The notes: generated from the letters alone by a model not told the origin. A stretch of DNA of 63,728 nucleotides, filler included, from Lama guanicoe (GCA_013239625.1; 206 parts of 206 records of this genome joined end to end with filler, not necessarily neighbours in it), one strand, 5' to 3'; counted from the whole stretch's first letter, positions 36,760 to 47,810 are shown. A program made the numbers and translations.

Positions 36760-38099
36760 NNNNNNNNNNNNNNNNNNNNNNNNNNNNNNNNNNNNNNNNN
36801 NNNTTAATTAATTAANNNNNNNNNNNNNNNNNNNNNNNNNNNNNNNNNNNNNNNNNNNNTTTTTTAAGAAATAAATCCATCGGATGCATGATGGAAGGAA
36901 AAAATCAATGTAACTTTCAAAGTTTGGGGAGGTCGTTTCCTAATAGATGTCATATGAGATCTTTTTACCCCTGTGACTTCTGTGGGTGCATGGTTCTGGG
37001 GCAGCAGAAAAGAGAGGAGGGGGGTTATGCTAACAAGCCATTAACTGTCACTAAAGATGGTTCAGGGGGNNNNNNNNNNNNNNNNNNNNNNNNNNNNNNN
37101 NNNNNNNNNNNNNTTAATTAATTAANNNNNNNNNNNNNNNNNNNNNNNNNNNNNNNNNNNNNNNNNNNNTTGTTTAAACAGAATCCTATTTTCCTGTGTT
37201 AAGTTTTATCATAGGCAAAGCTGTGTTCCATCATATCCCTGTACTGTTTGAAAGCTACTGTAGTAAAGCCCGAGGTAATTAAGGCTGTGGTATCATCGTT
37301 TTAAATAGTGTGGGTGATTTTTTTTTTAATGTAATTCAACAACAAGTTCCTTCCTATTCTGCATAATTGGATCACATTTNNNNNNNNNNNNNNNNNNNNN
37401 NNNNNNNNNNNNNNNNNNNNNNNTTAATTAATTAANNNNNNNNNNNNNNNNNNNNNNNNNNNNNNNNNNNNNNNNNNNNTGCATGAAAAAAAGTATGTAA
37501 CCCACAAAATGAAGCAACTCAGTAAGGAGATAATTTTTCAATAAAAGTATTGGGACAACTGGTTTTGCACAATGAGGAAAAAAATGAAATTGGATCACTA
37601 ATTTTTTAAACACTCATTATAACACAAGTCCGATAGTAAATTTGAATGCAAAAAGCTAACTTTACGATAAAATTTTGCTACTGTTATTANNNNNNNNNNN
37701 NNNNNNNNNNNNNNNNNNNNNNNNNNNNNNNNNTTAATTAATTAANNNNNNNNNNNNNNNNNNNNNNNNNNNNNNNNNNNNNNNNNNNNCCGCCATCCAC
37801 ATGCAGCGCATGGAGAACTGAAAGTAAGATGGCTGGGCGGTGGAGTGGGGGCAGGGGAAGAAAGGCAGGGCCGGTGTCCTTTCCTTTGTTTCATACAAAT
37901 CCACCATGCTTCTTTTCTCCTGTTGATTTGTCCATCCTGTCTCTGCATACTTTAAGTTTCCACTGTGGCCCCTCTGCTGCCTTCACAGCCTGGCAGACTN
38001 NNNNNNNNNNNNNNNNNNNNNNNNNNNNNNNNNNNNNNNNNNNTTAATTAATTAANNNNNNNNNNNNNNNNNNNNNNNNNNNNNNNNNNNNNNNNNNNN

Positions 38100-38309
38100 T
38101 ATGATGCATTAAAGACACATCATCTCTCAATCTACTCATGAGAAAGCATTGGACAAACCCTAACAGACAGATATTCTATAAATTATTTTACCAGTACTCT
38201 TCAAAAGTGCCAAGATCATAGAACACAAACACAGAAGAGACATGACAAACTAAGCGCAAGGTGGGATCTTGGAACAGAATAAGGACAATAAGGAAAAACT
38301 GGTGAATCC
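38100..38309 (+). mobile_element. LINE-1 (L1MC-like) 3'UTR
   Basis: CATGAGAAAGCAT..GACAAACCC...ATATTCTATAAA...CCAGTACTCTTCAAAAGTG.CAAGATCAT. Confidence 0.7.
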
Positions 38310-38409
38310 NNNNNNNNNNNNNNNNNNNNNNNNNNNNNNNNNNNNNNNNNNNNTTAATTAATTAANNNNNNNNNNNNNNNNNNNNNNNNNNNNNNNNNNN
38401 NNNNNNNNN

Positions 38410-38522
38410 GTGGAGGTTGGATGCAAATACTGTGTCATTTTATGTAAGGGACTGGAGCATCCTCAGAATTTGGTGTCTGCAAAGGTCCAGGAACCAATCC
38501 CCCATGAATACTGAGGGACGAT
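38410..38522 (+). mobile_element. MER2/Tigger3-type DNA transposon end
   Basis: ATGCAAATACTGTGTCATTTTATGTAAGGGACTGGAGCATCC...GGAACCAATCCCCCATGAATACTGAGGGACG. Confidence 0.8.
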
Positions 38523-39435
38523 TTTATATATAAAAAGCCCATTTTCTTTGGTAAATTAAATATGTTGCTGCCTCATTTTCCTCTTTGGTTGGTATCGTTA
38601 AATTACTATGTAAAATAAANNNNNNNNNNNNNNNNNNNNNNNNNNNNNNNNNNNNNNNNNNNNTTAATTAATTAANNNNNNNNNNNNNNNNNNNNNNNNN
38701 NNNNNNNNNNNNNNNNNNNGGAGTGTCAGGTAACAGAGGAGGAAGGCATGTGTGTGCGTGTGTGTATGTGTGTGTATCACATATACGTGTATGTGAAAAT
38801 CTGTTATAAAAACTTCTGAAGGAGGTAGGGGCTTGGCAGAAGGTCTAAGGTGTTTCTTATCATGGTCAGGGTCAAGGTGGAACGTACGTAGATGGGGAAC
38901 CCTAAGTGACCGCCAGGGCAACTGTGGCANNNNNNNNNNNNNNNNNNNNNNNNNNNNNNNNNNNNNNNNNNNNTTAATTAATTAANNNNNNNNNNNNNNN
39001 NNNNNNNNNNNNNNNNNNNNNNNNNNNNNAAGACTAAGTATATATATTTAAGTGCATAGGTAAATTGTAATGATTGAATCATCAGTTATGAGCATATTCA
39101 CAACGCAGAAAAGCATGTTTGAGGAATTGGTATTGCATGAAACTTGTTCGGAATATGGAATGCCATGGTTATGTAAATATTATTAATTAAATGTGTATTG
39201 GTCAGAATTCGCTCAAAGAGGCTTTTCTAGTGCCAAATGNNNNNNNNNNNNNNNNNNNNNNNNNNNNNNNNNNNNNNNNNNNNTTAATTAATTAANNNNN
39301 NNNNNNNNNNNNNNNNNNNNNNNNNNNNNNNNNNNNNNNAGATCACACCTTTCCATCTTCTGGAAATGTCAATATTATTGCTACTTTTATTCTATAAGGA
39401 ACGACATGTTTGTTTGCAAGCAAAGTAGTAGAAAT

Positions 39436-39549
39436 CAGAAGTTCTTAAAGTGTGGTCCCCAGACCAGCAGCCTTAGCACCACCTGGGAACTTACTGAAAC
39501 TGAGAATTTGCAAACCCAACCCCAGACTTACCACATCAGAAACTCTAGG
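39436..39549. mobile_element. MER5A (hAT-Charlie) fragment
   Basis: TTCTTAAAGTGTGGTCCCCAGACCAGCAGC...CACCTGGGAACTT...CCCCAGAC...ATCAGAAACTCT. Confidence 0.8.
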
Positions 39550-40069
39550 NNNNNNNNNNNNNNNNNNNNNNNNNNNNNNNNNNNNNNNNNNNNTTAATTA
39601 ATTAANNNNNNNNNNNNNNNNNNNNNNNNNNNNNNNNNNNNNNNNNNNNTGCCTGAGAGTGCTGTAAAACACTCAGTATAACACCGGCTCTCTTTGCCGT
39701 TGTTTCGACTCCGACACACTGACATGTCTAAATGCATATAATTCTGTCGGTTGGTGAACTGGTTTTTGAACTTATTGATCTTACTGATCTCTTATAAAAT
39801 GGCAAGCAGCCCTCTAGGTGCTAGTAATACCACTGGCACACCAGGGACCTAGGCTCGTGNNNNNNNNNNNNNNNNNNNNNNNNNNNNNNNNNNNNNNNNN
39901 NNNTTAATTAATTAANNNNNNNNNNNNNNNNNNNNNNNNNNNNNNNNNNNNNNNNNNNNGTATTTAGCACTTTGTCATTAAAAGCTATTCAGTAAGCACG
40001 TTACTGCTACTCCGTTGTTGTCCAGTTCTATGCCAGGTGCCTTCTTTTCCCTTTTTTTCTTTTTCTTTT

Positions 40070-40169
40070 CTTTTTTTTTTAAATGAAGTGTAGTTGATTT
40101 GCCATGTTTCAGGTATATAGCAAAGTGATTCAGTTCTCTTTATGTATATAGATATATATTTTCAGATTC
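40070..40169 (-). mobile_element. LINE-1 3' end
   Basis: T-run then AAATGAAGTGTAGTTGATTT...GTTTCAGGTATATAGCAAAGTGATTCAGTT. Confidence 0.8.
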
Positions 40170-40659
40170 NNNNNNNNNNNNNNNNNNNNNNNNNNNNNNN
40201 NNNNNNNNNNNNNTTAATTAATTAANNNNNNNNNNNNNNNNNNNNNNNNNNNNNNNNNNNNNNNNNNNNAAGTGATGTGTTAATAAATGTCTTTAGGAAG
40301 CAATCTTTTTGCAGAGCTTCCCACATACCAGCTAAGTTAATGGGGTCAGGTGCTTGGGTGAAGTCCACAGTACCACTCATGTTGCTATTCTCAGTGTCGT
40401 CCTCTGGCTGCCAGTGGAAGAGTATCAGGTCTCCAGTTTCATGGCATCACTGCAGCTGCAGTGGCTTTCAAGTGAGACANNNNNNNNNNNNNNNNNNNNN
40501 NNNNNNNNNNNNNNNNNNNNNNNTTAATTAATTAANNNNNNNNNNNNNNNNNNNNNNNNNNNNNNNNNNNNNNNNNNNNGTTTATACTGTGATCATAGAT
40601 GTTCAAAACTGGCATTTTGAAAATGACCGTTTGATGCTTTTCTTCTGTTTTTTTGAATC

Positions 40660-40789
40660 CTTGCTTGGAGTTGACATCTGATGGGATGTGTGATGGGTGT
40701 GATCCTGGAGAAAAGTGCTCGTCGCTGTAAGTGATGAGGAGGGTGAGAGGATGGACTGCATGGGATGGCTGCACCACGGGCACTTTATT
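40660..40789 (-). pseudogene. LEF1: LEF1 exon-derived sequence (probable retrocopy or chimeric fragment)
   Basis: Translates [44 protein letters not shown], matching LEF1 except LTP>LTL. Homology stops at ...AAGCAAG, which is followed by GATTCA rather than a GT donor or the next LEF1 exon (MSRHPP). Confidence 0.8.
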
Positions 40790-40889
40790 NNNNNNNNNNN
40801 NNNNNNNNNNNNNNNNNNNNNNNNNNNNNNNNNTTAATTAATTAANNNNNNNNNNNNNNNNNNNNNNNNNNNNNNNNNNNNNNNNNNNN

Positions 40890-41099
40890 CCTACTAGTTT
40901 TCAAAGCCAGATGTTCTGGAAGCTTATCTTCCTGCTGCTGGACCTCTGGCCAGGGAGCCCAATGTGAGGCTCTGGCCCCTTGCTTCTTGGGGAGGATCTC
41001 TACAATTGTAATATTCTTCCTGTTTTGGGGTCGCCCCTTTGGGGGAGGTAGGTTCTGACTATACCGTGTCTCTGCCCCTCCTAGCCATCTCTTTGTGGT
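40890..41099 (-). mobile_element. LINE-1 5' region fragment
   Basis: GTTTTCAAAGCCAGATGTTCTGG...GGGAGCCCAATGTG.GGCTC...GACTATACCGTGTCTCTGCCCCTCCTA. Confidence 0.7.
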
Positions 41100-41548
41100 N
41101 NNNNNNNNNNNNNNNNNNNNNNNNNNNNNNNNNNNNNNNNNNNTTAATTAATTAANNNNNNNNNNNNNNNNNNNNNNNNNNNNNNNNNNNNNNNNNNNNT
41201 GTGGGCTGTCCTTGTCCCTCGTGGGAGCTGCCACAGTGTTCCCTGCACATTTCTGCTGGGACGTACTCCCTGAGTCAGACCCCTGCTGGCTGAGGGAGGG
41301 AGGTGGGCCTGGGCACCGGTCACATCCTGGCTCACCTGAGGGCCAAGTGCCAGAATGGGACTGGGGACAGACACCCAGAGCCCCATCACTACCTGGACGC
41401 TTGCCCCATNNNNNNNNNNNNNNNNNNNNNNNNNNNNNNNNNNNNNNNNNNNNTTAATTAATTAANNNNNNNNNNNNNNNNNNNNNNNNNNNNNNNNNNN
41501 NNNNNNNNNCACAACTCCCTCTTCCTTCTCCTTCTCCCCTCCCTCTCT

Positions 41549-41598
41549 GGAATCGAACGTAGGACCTCCTGCATGCTAGCTAACCCTCGCTCTAGCTG
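41549..41598 (-). mobile_element. Degenerate fragment of the same SINE
   Basis: GGAATCGAACGTAGGACCTCCTGCATGCTAG resembles the reverse complement of the SINE B-box region. Confidence 0.5.
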
Positions 41599-42439
41599 CC
41601 TTAGTTTCCTCCAGGCTCAGCTTCATCTCCCTCGAGTCAGGGAGTGTGCTGGGTTCCCGGGTCCCCGCTCTAGCCCTTTAACTGCGATAGGGCTGATATC
41701 CCACACTAGTATCGCTTTCNNNNNNNNNNNNNNNNNNNNNNNNNNNNNNNNNNNNNNNNNNNNTTAATTAATTAANNNNNNNNNNNNNNNNNNNNNNNNN
41801 NNNNNNNNNNNNNNNNNNNCGGAGATAAAAATTCTATGCTCCCCTTGGTGCACATGCAGATCCTGTTATTGTCACAGGGAGTTATGCGTGTCGACTGGAG
41901 GGAAGGATAGACGCCGAGGCTTCGCATGGGATGAGCGTGGGTAAAACAGAAGTCATTTCCTTTCATGGGTTTCCTTCAGCCTGGGGAGAGCGGGCGGCTG
42001 TGATCATCCAGGAGGCGAGAGCAGAGCTCNNNNNNNNNNNNNNNNNNNNNNNNNNNNNNNNNNNNNNNNNNNNTTAATTAATTAANNNNNNNNNNNNNNN
42101 NNNNNNNNNNNNNNNNNNNNNNNNNNNNNCTACTGGCACCACTCCTGCCTCCTTCTCAAAACACGTGCGGGGGGCCATCATGTCTCCCCCTAGGCCCCCA
42201 TTCTCAAGGCCAAAGACTCACCCAATTTCACCCTTTGTCAATTTTGAGTGTTTCTCCCCTCCTGGTGTCCCCCCTGTGTGTGTCCCAGAGCATCATTATC
42301 TCCCTCAAAATACACACCCAGGCGTGTATATAGAGCTTCNNNNNNNNNNNNNNNNNNNNNNNNNNNNNNNNNNNNNNNNNNNNTTAATTAATTAANNNNN
42401 NNNNNNNNNNNNNNNNNNNNNNNNNNNNNNNNNNNNNNN

Positions 42440-42460
42440 TCTCCCCTGCCAGGTAAGTAT
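42440..42460 (-). ncRNA. RNU1: U1 snRNA, first 21 nt (truncated by contig end)
   Basis: Reverse complement reads ATACTTACCTGGCAGGGGAGA, the 5' end of U1 snRNA, preceded by ...ACTC and a PSE at the expected distance. Confidence 0.9.
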
Positions 42461-42502
42461 GAGTTGCTCACCCCGCCTACACCCGCACCCTCGCGCTCGC
42501 CC

Positions 42503-42524
42503 GGCTCTGCACCCACGGTCACTT
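42503..42524 (-). promoter_or_regulatory. Proximal sequence element (PSE) of the U1 snRNA gene
   Basis: Minus strand AAGTGACCGTGGGTGCAGAGCC, with GTGACC starting 62 nt upstream of U1 +1. Resembles the human U1 PSE (AAGTGACCGTGTGTGTAAAGAG, recalled). GC/CpG-rich flank. Confidence 0.85.
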
Positions 42525-42788
42525 CCCTCCCGCCGCCTCCGCGCTCTCGCCCCCTGCACGCCCCTCACTCCAGCTTCGTCCAGCCCGAGAACAACCTCGG
42601 GAGCCTTCGGGTTATCCACACGCAGGACGTGGAGGCCCAGGCGGAACGTNNNNNNNNNNNNNNNNNNNNNNNNNNNNNNNNNNNNNNNNNNNNTTAATTA
42701 ATTAANNNNNNNNNNNNNNNNNNNNNNNNNNNNNNNNNNNNNNNNNNNNCACAATCTTGCCTGCCATCAAATCCTTCCGCACGTGTGT

Positions 42789-42959
42789 TGGTGAGCCATG
42801 GTGAGCAGTGGTGAGCCCTGGCAAGCAGTGGTGAGCTCTGGTGAGCCACAATGAGCTGTAGTGAGCCCTGGCGAGTGGTGGTGAGCTGTGGTGAGCCACA
42901 GTGAGCCCTGGTGAGCCGTGGTGAGCCATGTAAGTCCTGGTAAACCGTGGAGAGCTGTG
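42789..42959 (+). repeat. 10-bp minisatellite (TGGTGAGCCN-like)
   Basis: About 17 units in a 10-bp register: GGTGAGCCAT GGTGAGCAGT GGTGAGCCCT... Confidence 0.9.
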
Positions 42960-43679
42960 NNNNNNNNNNNNNNNNNNNNNNNNNNNNNNNNNNNNNNNNN
43001 NNNTTAATTAATTAANNNNNNNNNNNNNNNNNNNNNNNNNNNNNNNNNNNNNNNNNNNNTCAAGGATCCATAGCTGCTCCAATTAGGCTGTTTTAGATGA
43101 ATCACTAATTGAGATGTTTATAAAGAAGCGTTTTATCATTTACTGTCTTAAAATGGGACAGGAAATAAGCCAGAGGAGGTCAGGTGGCCCCTGGTGGGCA
43201 ACTCAGAGCCAATTCACACACCTCCCCTGGACACGGCCCCTGGTCCTCGGCCTCCCCCAGTGAAACGGGNNNNNNNNNNNNNNNNNNNNNNNNNNNNNNN
43301 NNNNNNNNNNNNNTTAATTAATTAANNNNNNNNNNNNNNNNNNNNNNNNNNNNNNNNNNNNNNNNNNNNATCCCTTAGTGCTAGATGAAAGTACGTCTCT
43401 CCACATGCTCAGTTTTGAAAGATAATCCTGTGTGAAAGCCGTCCTTCAATTATCTTGTTGGGAACACAAAGTTTCTCTTGGTTGCCAAGTCAACTACACA
43501 AACATTATGGGGAGGTACAAACCCCAACCTGGTTTTACAGTGAAAATTTCAGGAACTTCAAACTGGCACAAGGAAACAGNNNNNNNNNNNNNNNNNNNNN
43601 NNNNNNNNNNNNNNNNNNNNNNNTTAATTAATTAANNNNNNNNNNNNNNNNNNNNNNNNNNNNNNNNNNNNNNNNNNNN

Positions 43680-43889
43680 AAACCGGGCTGCGGCTACTCC
43701 AAGCGGGCGGGAGGCGTGGGTGGGCTGCAGGACAGGCGCGCGGGCCGGGCGGGCAGTGCTCCCGCCCCACGCGTCCCCGACCAGTGAGCAGGCACCGACG
43801 GAAGCCAAGAGGTGTGAGCCTCCCCAAGGCTCGGGGATTAGCTCAGCCTTCTGTAAGGGTCTCAGGTTGGCCCCGCTCCCTGGGCCTGG
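43680..43889. promoter_or_regulatory. CpG-rich promoter-like fragment
   Basis: Several GGGCGG/CCGCCC GC boxes and a CGGAAG ETS-like core. Confidence 0.5.
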
Positions 43890-44019
43890 NNNNNNNNNNN
43901 NNNNNNNNNNNNNNNNNNNNNNNNNNNNNNNNNTTAATTAATTAANNNNNNNNNNNNNNNNNNNNNNNNNNNNNNNNNNNNNNNNNNNNTGTCATGCTCC
44001 CCTCTTCTGCATTCCCTGT

Positions 44020-44140
44020 AGTGTTCCCTGTGGCCCCCTAAGAACATGAACTCCACCAGGGCCGGGGTCTGTCTCCGCTGCCGAAGCCCACCTCCTGGAA
44101 CAGTGCCTGCACACAGCATGTGCTCAGTAACACTGTGCTC
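44020..44140 (+). mobile_element. L2 LINE 3' end
   Basis: GAACTCCACCAGGGC.GGG..CTGTCT...CCTGGAACAGTGCCTGCACACAG.A.GTGCTCAGTAA. Confidence 0.7.
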
Positions 44141-44299
44141 CTGGCTGGCAGCATTTCTTTGGTGGTGGGTGGGGGACCATCTTTTAGAAATGGGTGGGGN
44201 NNNNNNNNNNNNNNNNNNNNNNNNNNNNNNNNNNNNNNNNNNNTTAATTAATTAANNNNNNNNNNNNNNNNNNNNNNNNNNNNNNNNNNNNNNNNNNNN

Positions 44300-44509
44300 A
44301 ACAGATTCACAGACATAGTAAACAATCTTATGGTTACTGGGGGAAAGGAGGTGGGGAGGGATAAATCTGAGAGGGATTTGCAAAGAAAGGTTAACCACAA
44401 TATATAAAAATAGATTTTAAAAAGTTTCATCTGTATAGTACAGGGAACTATATTCAATCTCTTGTAATAACCTTTAATAAAAAGGAATATAAAAACAAAT
44501 ATATGTGTA
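44300..44509 (+). mobile_element. LINE-1 3'UTR (lineage-type)
   Basis: ACAGATTCACAGACATAGTAAACAATCTTATGGTTAC...CTGTATAGTACAGGGAACTATATTCAAT. Confidence 0.9.
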
Positions 44510-44609
44510 NNNNNNNNNNNNNNNNNNNNNNNNNNNNNNNNNNNNNNNNNNNNTTAATTAATTAANNNNNNNNNNNNNNNNNNNNNNNNNNNNNNNNNNN
44601 NNNNNNNNN

Positions 44610-45129
44610 TCATTTCAGCATTGTTGGATTTTCAAAATTAGAAATGACTTAAATGTCTGTTGGTAATAAAATTAGCAATCTGGTTTAAACTCATTATATA
44701 TAATATTACACAAAATGAAAGTGGCCAAACTGTAGCCTTAAACAATTGCATGGATGATATTCACAAGTACGATGTTGAATTATAAAAGCAAGGTAAAAAA
44801 TTTTACATCCAGTTTATTTNNNNNNNNNNNNNNNNNNNNNNNNNNNNNNNNNNNNNNNNNNNNTTAATTAATTAANNNNNNNNNNNNNNNNNNNNNNNNN
44901 NNNNNNNNNNNNNNNNNNNTCATTTCAGCATTGTTGGATTTTCAAAATTAGAAATGACTTAAATGTCTATTGGTAATAAAATTAGCAATCTGGGTTAAAC
45001 TCATTATATATAATATTATACAAAATGAAAGTGGCCAAACTGTAGCCTTAAACAATTGCATGGATGAATTTCACAAGTATGATGTTGAATTATAAAAGCA
45101 AGGTAAAAAATTTTACATCCAGTTTATTT
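44610..45129 (+). repeat. Near-identical contig pair (44610-44819 / 44920-45129), assembly bubble
   Basis: 6 substitutions, the first at contig position 50 and the last at 161; 49 identical bases at each end. Confidence 0.95.
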
Positions 45130-46469
45130 NNNNNNNNNNNNNNNNNNNNNNNNNNNNNNNNNNNNNNNNNNNNTTAATTAATTAANNNNNNNNNNNNNNN
45201 NNNNNNNNNNNNNNNNNNNNNNNNNNNNNAGGGCCCGCTGGAGGGGACCCTGCTTGCTCCATGGGGTCTGGGGACGCGCCGCTGCTGTTACTGCCCCTTG
45301 ACACCACGGTTCACAAGAAGATGACACCTCACTGGTTTGCTTAAAGCCTGGATCAGAAGAGTCTGCTGGTCTGCTCGGCGCCGACACGCAAGATGCAGAC
45401 TGCGCTAACTACTTGAGACAAGAGAGTGAGATCCGGGCTNNNNNNNNNNNNNNNNNNNNNNNNNNNNNNNNNNNNNNNNNNNNTTAATTAATTAANNNNN
45501 NNNNNNNNNNNNNNNNNNNNNNNNNNNNNNNNNNNNNNNTGTAGCAAGTAAAATCTATTTAATTTCCTTGTTCTGGGGTTGAGTCTTCACTGTGAAATAT
45601 TCTGGATTATTTTCTGACGCATGGTCCTGGTTAAATAAAATACCATCTCCACTGGCCATTGGTTCTCCAGAGAATGCGGAGTGCTTTCTCTCCTGGCACG
45701 GTACTTCTGTCCCTCCTTCTTGTGCAGGAGTAGCAGTGCCAGCTAGTTANNNNNNNNNNNNNNNNNNNNNNNNNNNNNNNNNNNNNNNNNNNNTTAATTA
45801 ATTAANNNNNNNNNNNNNNNNNNNNNNNNNNNNNNNNNNNNNNNNNNNNGGATCCCATTTTGACTTGACATCTGGTTCAAGGTGATTGGGTCCCTAATTT
45901 AACTTAGTCAAGTTCCATCTCATTCTCTGAGCCCGTACCTTGGTTCCTCCAGCTCTCAAATCCTATTACATCCTCACTGATAAAGCCAGAAAGTCACAAG
46001 CCTGAGACCCGGCCTTGAGAAGATTTCCTTCTGAGTTACCTACTGACTTAATACTGCTCNNNNNNNNNNNNNNNNNNNNNNNNNNNNNNNNNNNNNNNNN
46101 NNNTTAATTAATTAANNNNNNNNNNNNNNNNNNNNNNNNNNNNNNNNNNNNNNNNNNNNGGGGCTGCTGCTGAGCAACTCTTAACACAGCTGTTCTGGAC
46201 AACCCTGGTGACATGAATGTGACATCTCTGCTTAGCTACCACAAAGAGACATCCACAGAAGCTTAGGTTCTCCTGGGCTTGGTAGAAATGGGGCTGACTT
46301 TTCTGGGAAGAGCAGGACCAGGCCTATGCTGCGGTAGACAGACCTTGTTAAAGCTCTTAGTGCCACAAGNNNNNNNNNNNNNNNNNNNNNNNNNNNNNNN
46401 NNNNNNNNNNNNNTTAATTAATTAANNNNNNNNNNNNNNNNNNNNNNNNNNNNNNNNNNNNNNNNNNNN

Positions 46470-46989
46470 TTCTCTGAATCTCAGTTTCTTCAACTATAAA
46501 AGAGAGAATAATATTCCCCTTGTAGGTAGAGTGTGAGGATTAGCGATAACATAAATTATTGTCTGATGCAGAGATGTCATGTGATTGTACATGCCTGTTA
46601 ATGCATGCCTCTCATTCACCAATTCCTTTGTTTCCTTAATTCTCTCAATATTGACAAATAGACCATTTGCCTGACTCCCNNNNNNNNNNNNNNNNNNNNN
46701 NNNNNNNNNNNNNNNNNNNNNNNTTAATTAATTAANNNNNNNNNNNNNNNNNNNNNNNNNNNNNNNNNNNNNNNNNNNNTTCTCTGAATCTCAGTTTCTT
46801 CAACTATAAAAGAGAGAATAATATTCCCTTTGTAGGTAGATTGTGAGGATTGGCGATAACGTAAATTACTGTCTGATGCAGAGATGTCATGCGATTGTAC
46901 ATGCCTGTTAATGCATGTCTCTCATTCACCAGTTCCTTTCTTTCCTTAATTCTCTCAATATTGACAAATAGACCATTTGCCTGACTCCC
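46470..46989 (+). repeat. Near-identical contig pair (46470-46679 / 46780-46989), assembly bubble; begins in a MIR fragment
   Basis: 9 substitutions, the first at position 50 and the last at 161; 49 identical bases at each end. Confidence 0.95.
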
Positions 46990-47187
46990 NNNNNNNNNNN
47001 NNNNNNNNNNNNNNNNNNNNNNNNNNNNNNNNNTTAATTAATTAANNNNNNNNNNNNNNNNNNNNNNNNNNNNNNNNNNNNNNNNNNNNTAGATTTCTGG
47101 GCTCCAGCCAGAAGTAGTTTGCACAAGTCTAATAAACTTTCTAGGGAGTCAACAGTTTTCTTCTCAGAAGTCAGAGTACAGCGAGAT

Positions 47188-47299
47188 CAGGGATCAGTAA
47201 ACTCCACCCCATGGGTGGAATCCAGCCTGCAGCCAGTTTTTGTAAAGAACGTTTTGTTGGACACATTCCTTTACATACTGTCTGTGACTGCTTTTGTGA
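47188..47299. mobile_element. MER58A-like fragment
   Basis: CAGGGATCAGTAAACT...ATCCAGCCTGCAGCCAGTTTTTGTAAA...GTTTTGTTGGACAC...ACTGTCTGTGACTGCTTT. Confidence 0.65.
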
Positions 47300-47399
47300 N
47301 NNNNNNNNNNNNNNNNNNNNNNNNNNNNNNNNNNNNNNNNNNNTTAATTAATTAANNNNNNNNNNNNNNNNNNNNNNNNNNNNNNNNNNNNNNNNNNNN

Positions 47400-47609
47400 T
47401 TCAAAAAAGGAGTGATCAAAGTACTGAAGGAACTAAAAGAAATAGTATCTACAGATATGAAATATGTCAAAAATGAAATTGAAACTATAAAGAAGTGCCA
47501 AGTAAAACTGGTAAACTCATTGGCCGAGATGAGAACTGATCTAAAGGCTGTATAAAGCAAGCTACATAATGCAGAGGAATGAATAAGTGACCTAGAAGAC
47601 AGGACAACA
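47400..47609 (+). mobile_element. LINE-1 ORF1 coiled-coil fragment (with stops)
   Basis: IKVLKELKEIV...KNEIETIKK.Q.KL.NSLAEM..DLKA...L.NAEE*ISDLEDR. Confidence 0.85.
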
Positions 47610-47716
47610 NNNNNNNNNNNNNNNNNNNNNNNNNNNNNNNNNNNNNNNNNNNNTTAATTAATTAANNNNNNNNNNNNNNNNNNNNNNNNNNNNNNNNNNN
47701 NNNNNNNNNCACTTAC

Positions 47717-47810
47717 CAAGGAGGTACCTAGAGGTAGCCTCAAAAATTGAATCCAAAAAGTAGCTCAAAAGTATCAGCGCAGATAAAAATAAGCTATTAC
47801 TAACCATTCC
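47717..47810 (-). CDS. Putative 94-bp exon encoding a hydrophobic segment
   Basis: Polypyrimidine tract ...TTTTTTAAATTAG acceptor and TTG|GTAAGT donor; one open frame GMVSNSLFLSALILLSYFLDSIFEATSRYLL. Confidence 0.35.

Noticed and set aside
42450..42458. Perfect splice donor CAG|GTAAGT on the plus strand
   Set aside because: Better explained as the reverse complement of the U1 5' end: the match extends to 21 nt and a PSE lies upstream.
42440..42959. U1 gene adjacent to a splice-donor-like minisatellite as a functional unit
   Set aside because: They are separate contigs; the adjacency is only sort order.
42789..42959. Immunoglobulin switch region
   Set aside because: GAGCT occurs only a few times and the unit is a GGTGAGCC decamer, not GAGCT/GGGGT pentamers.
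44610..46989. Tandem duplications
   Set aside because: Identical 49-bp flanks and equal lengths show these are alternative assembly paths output consecutively.
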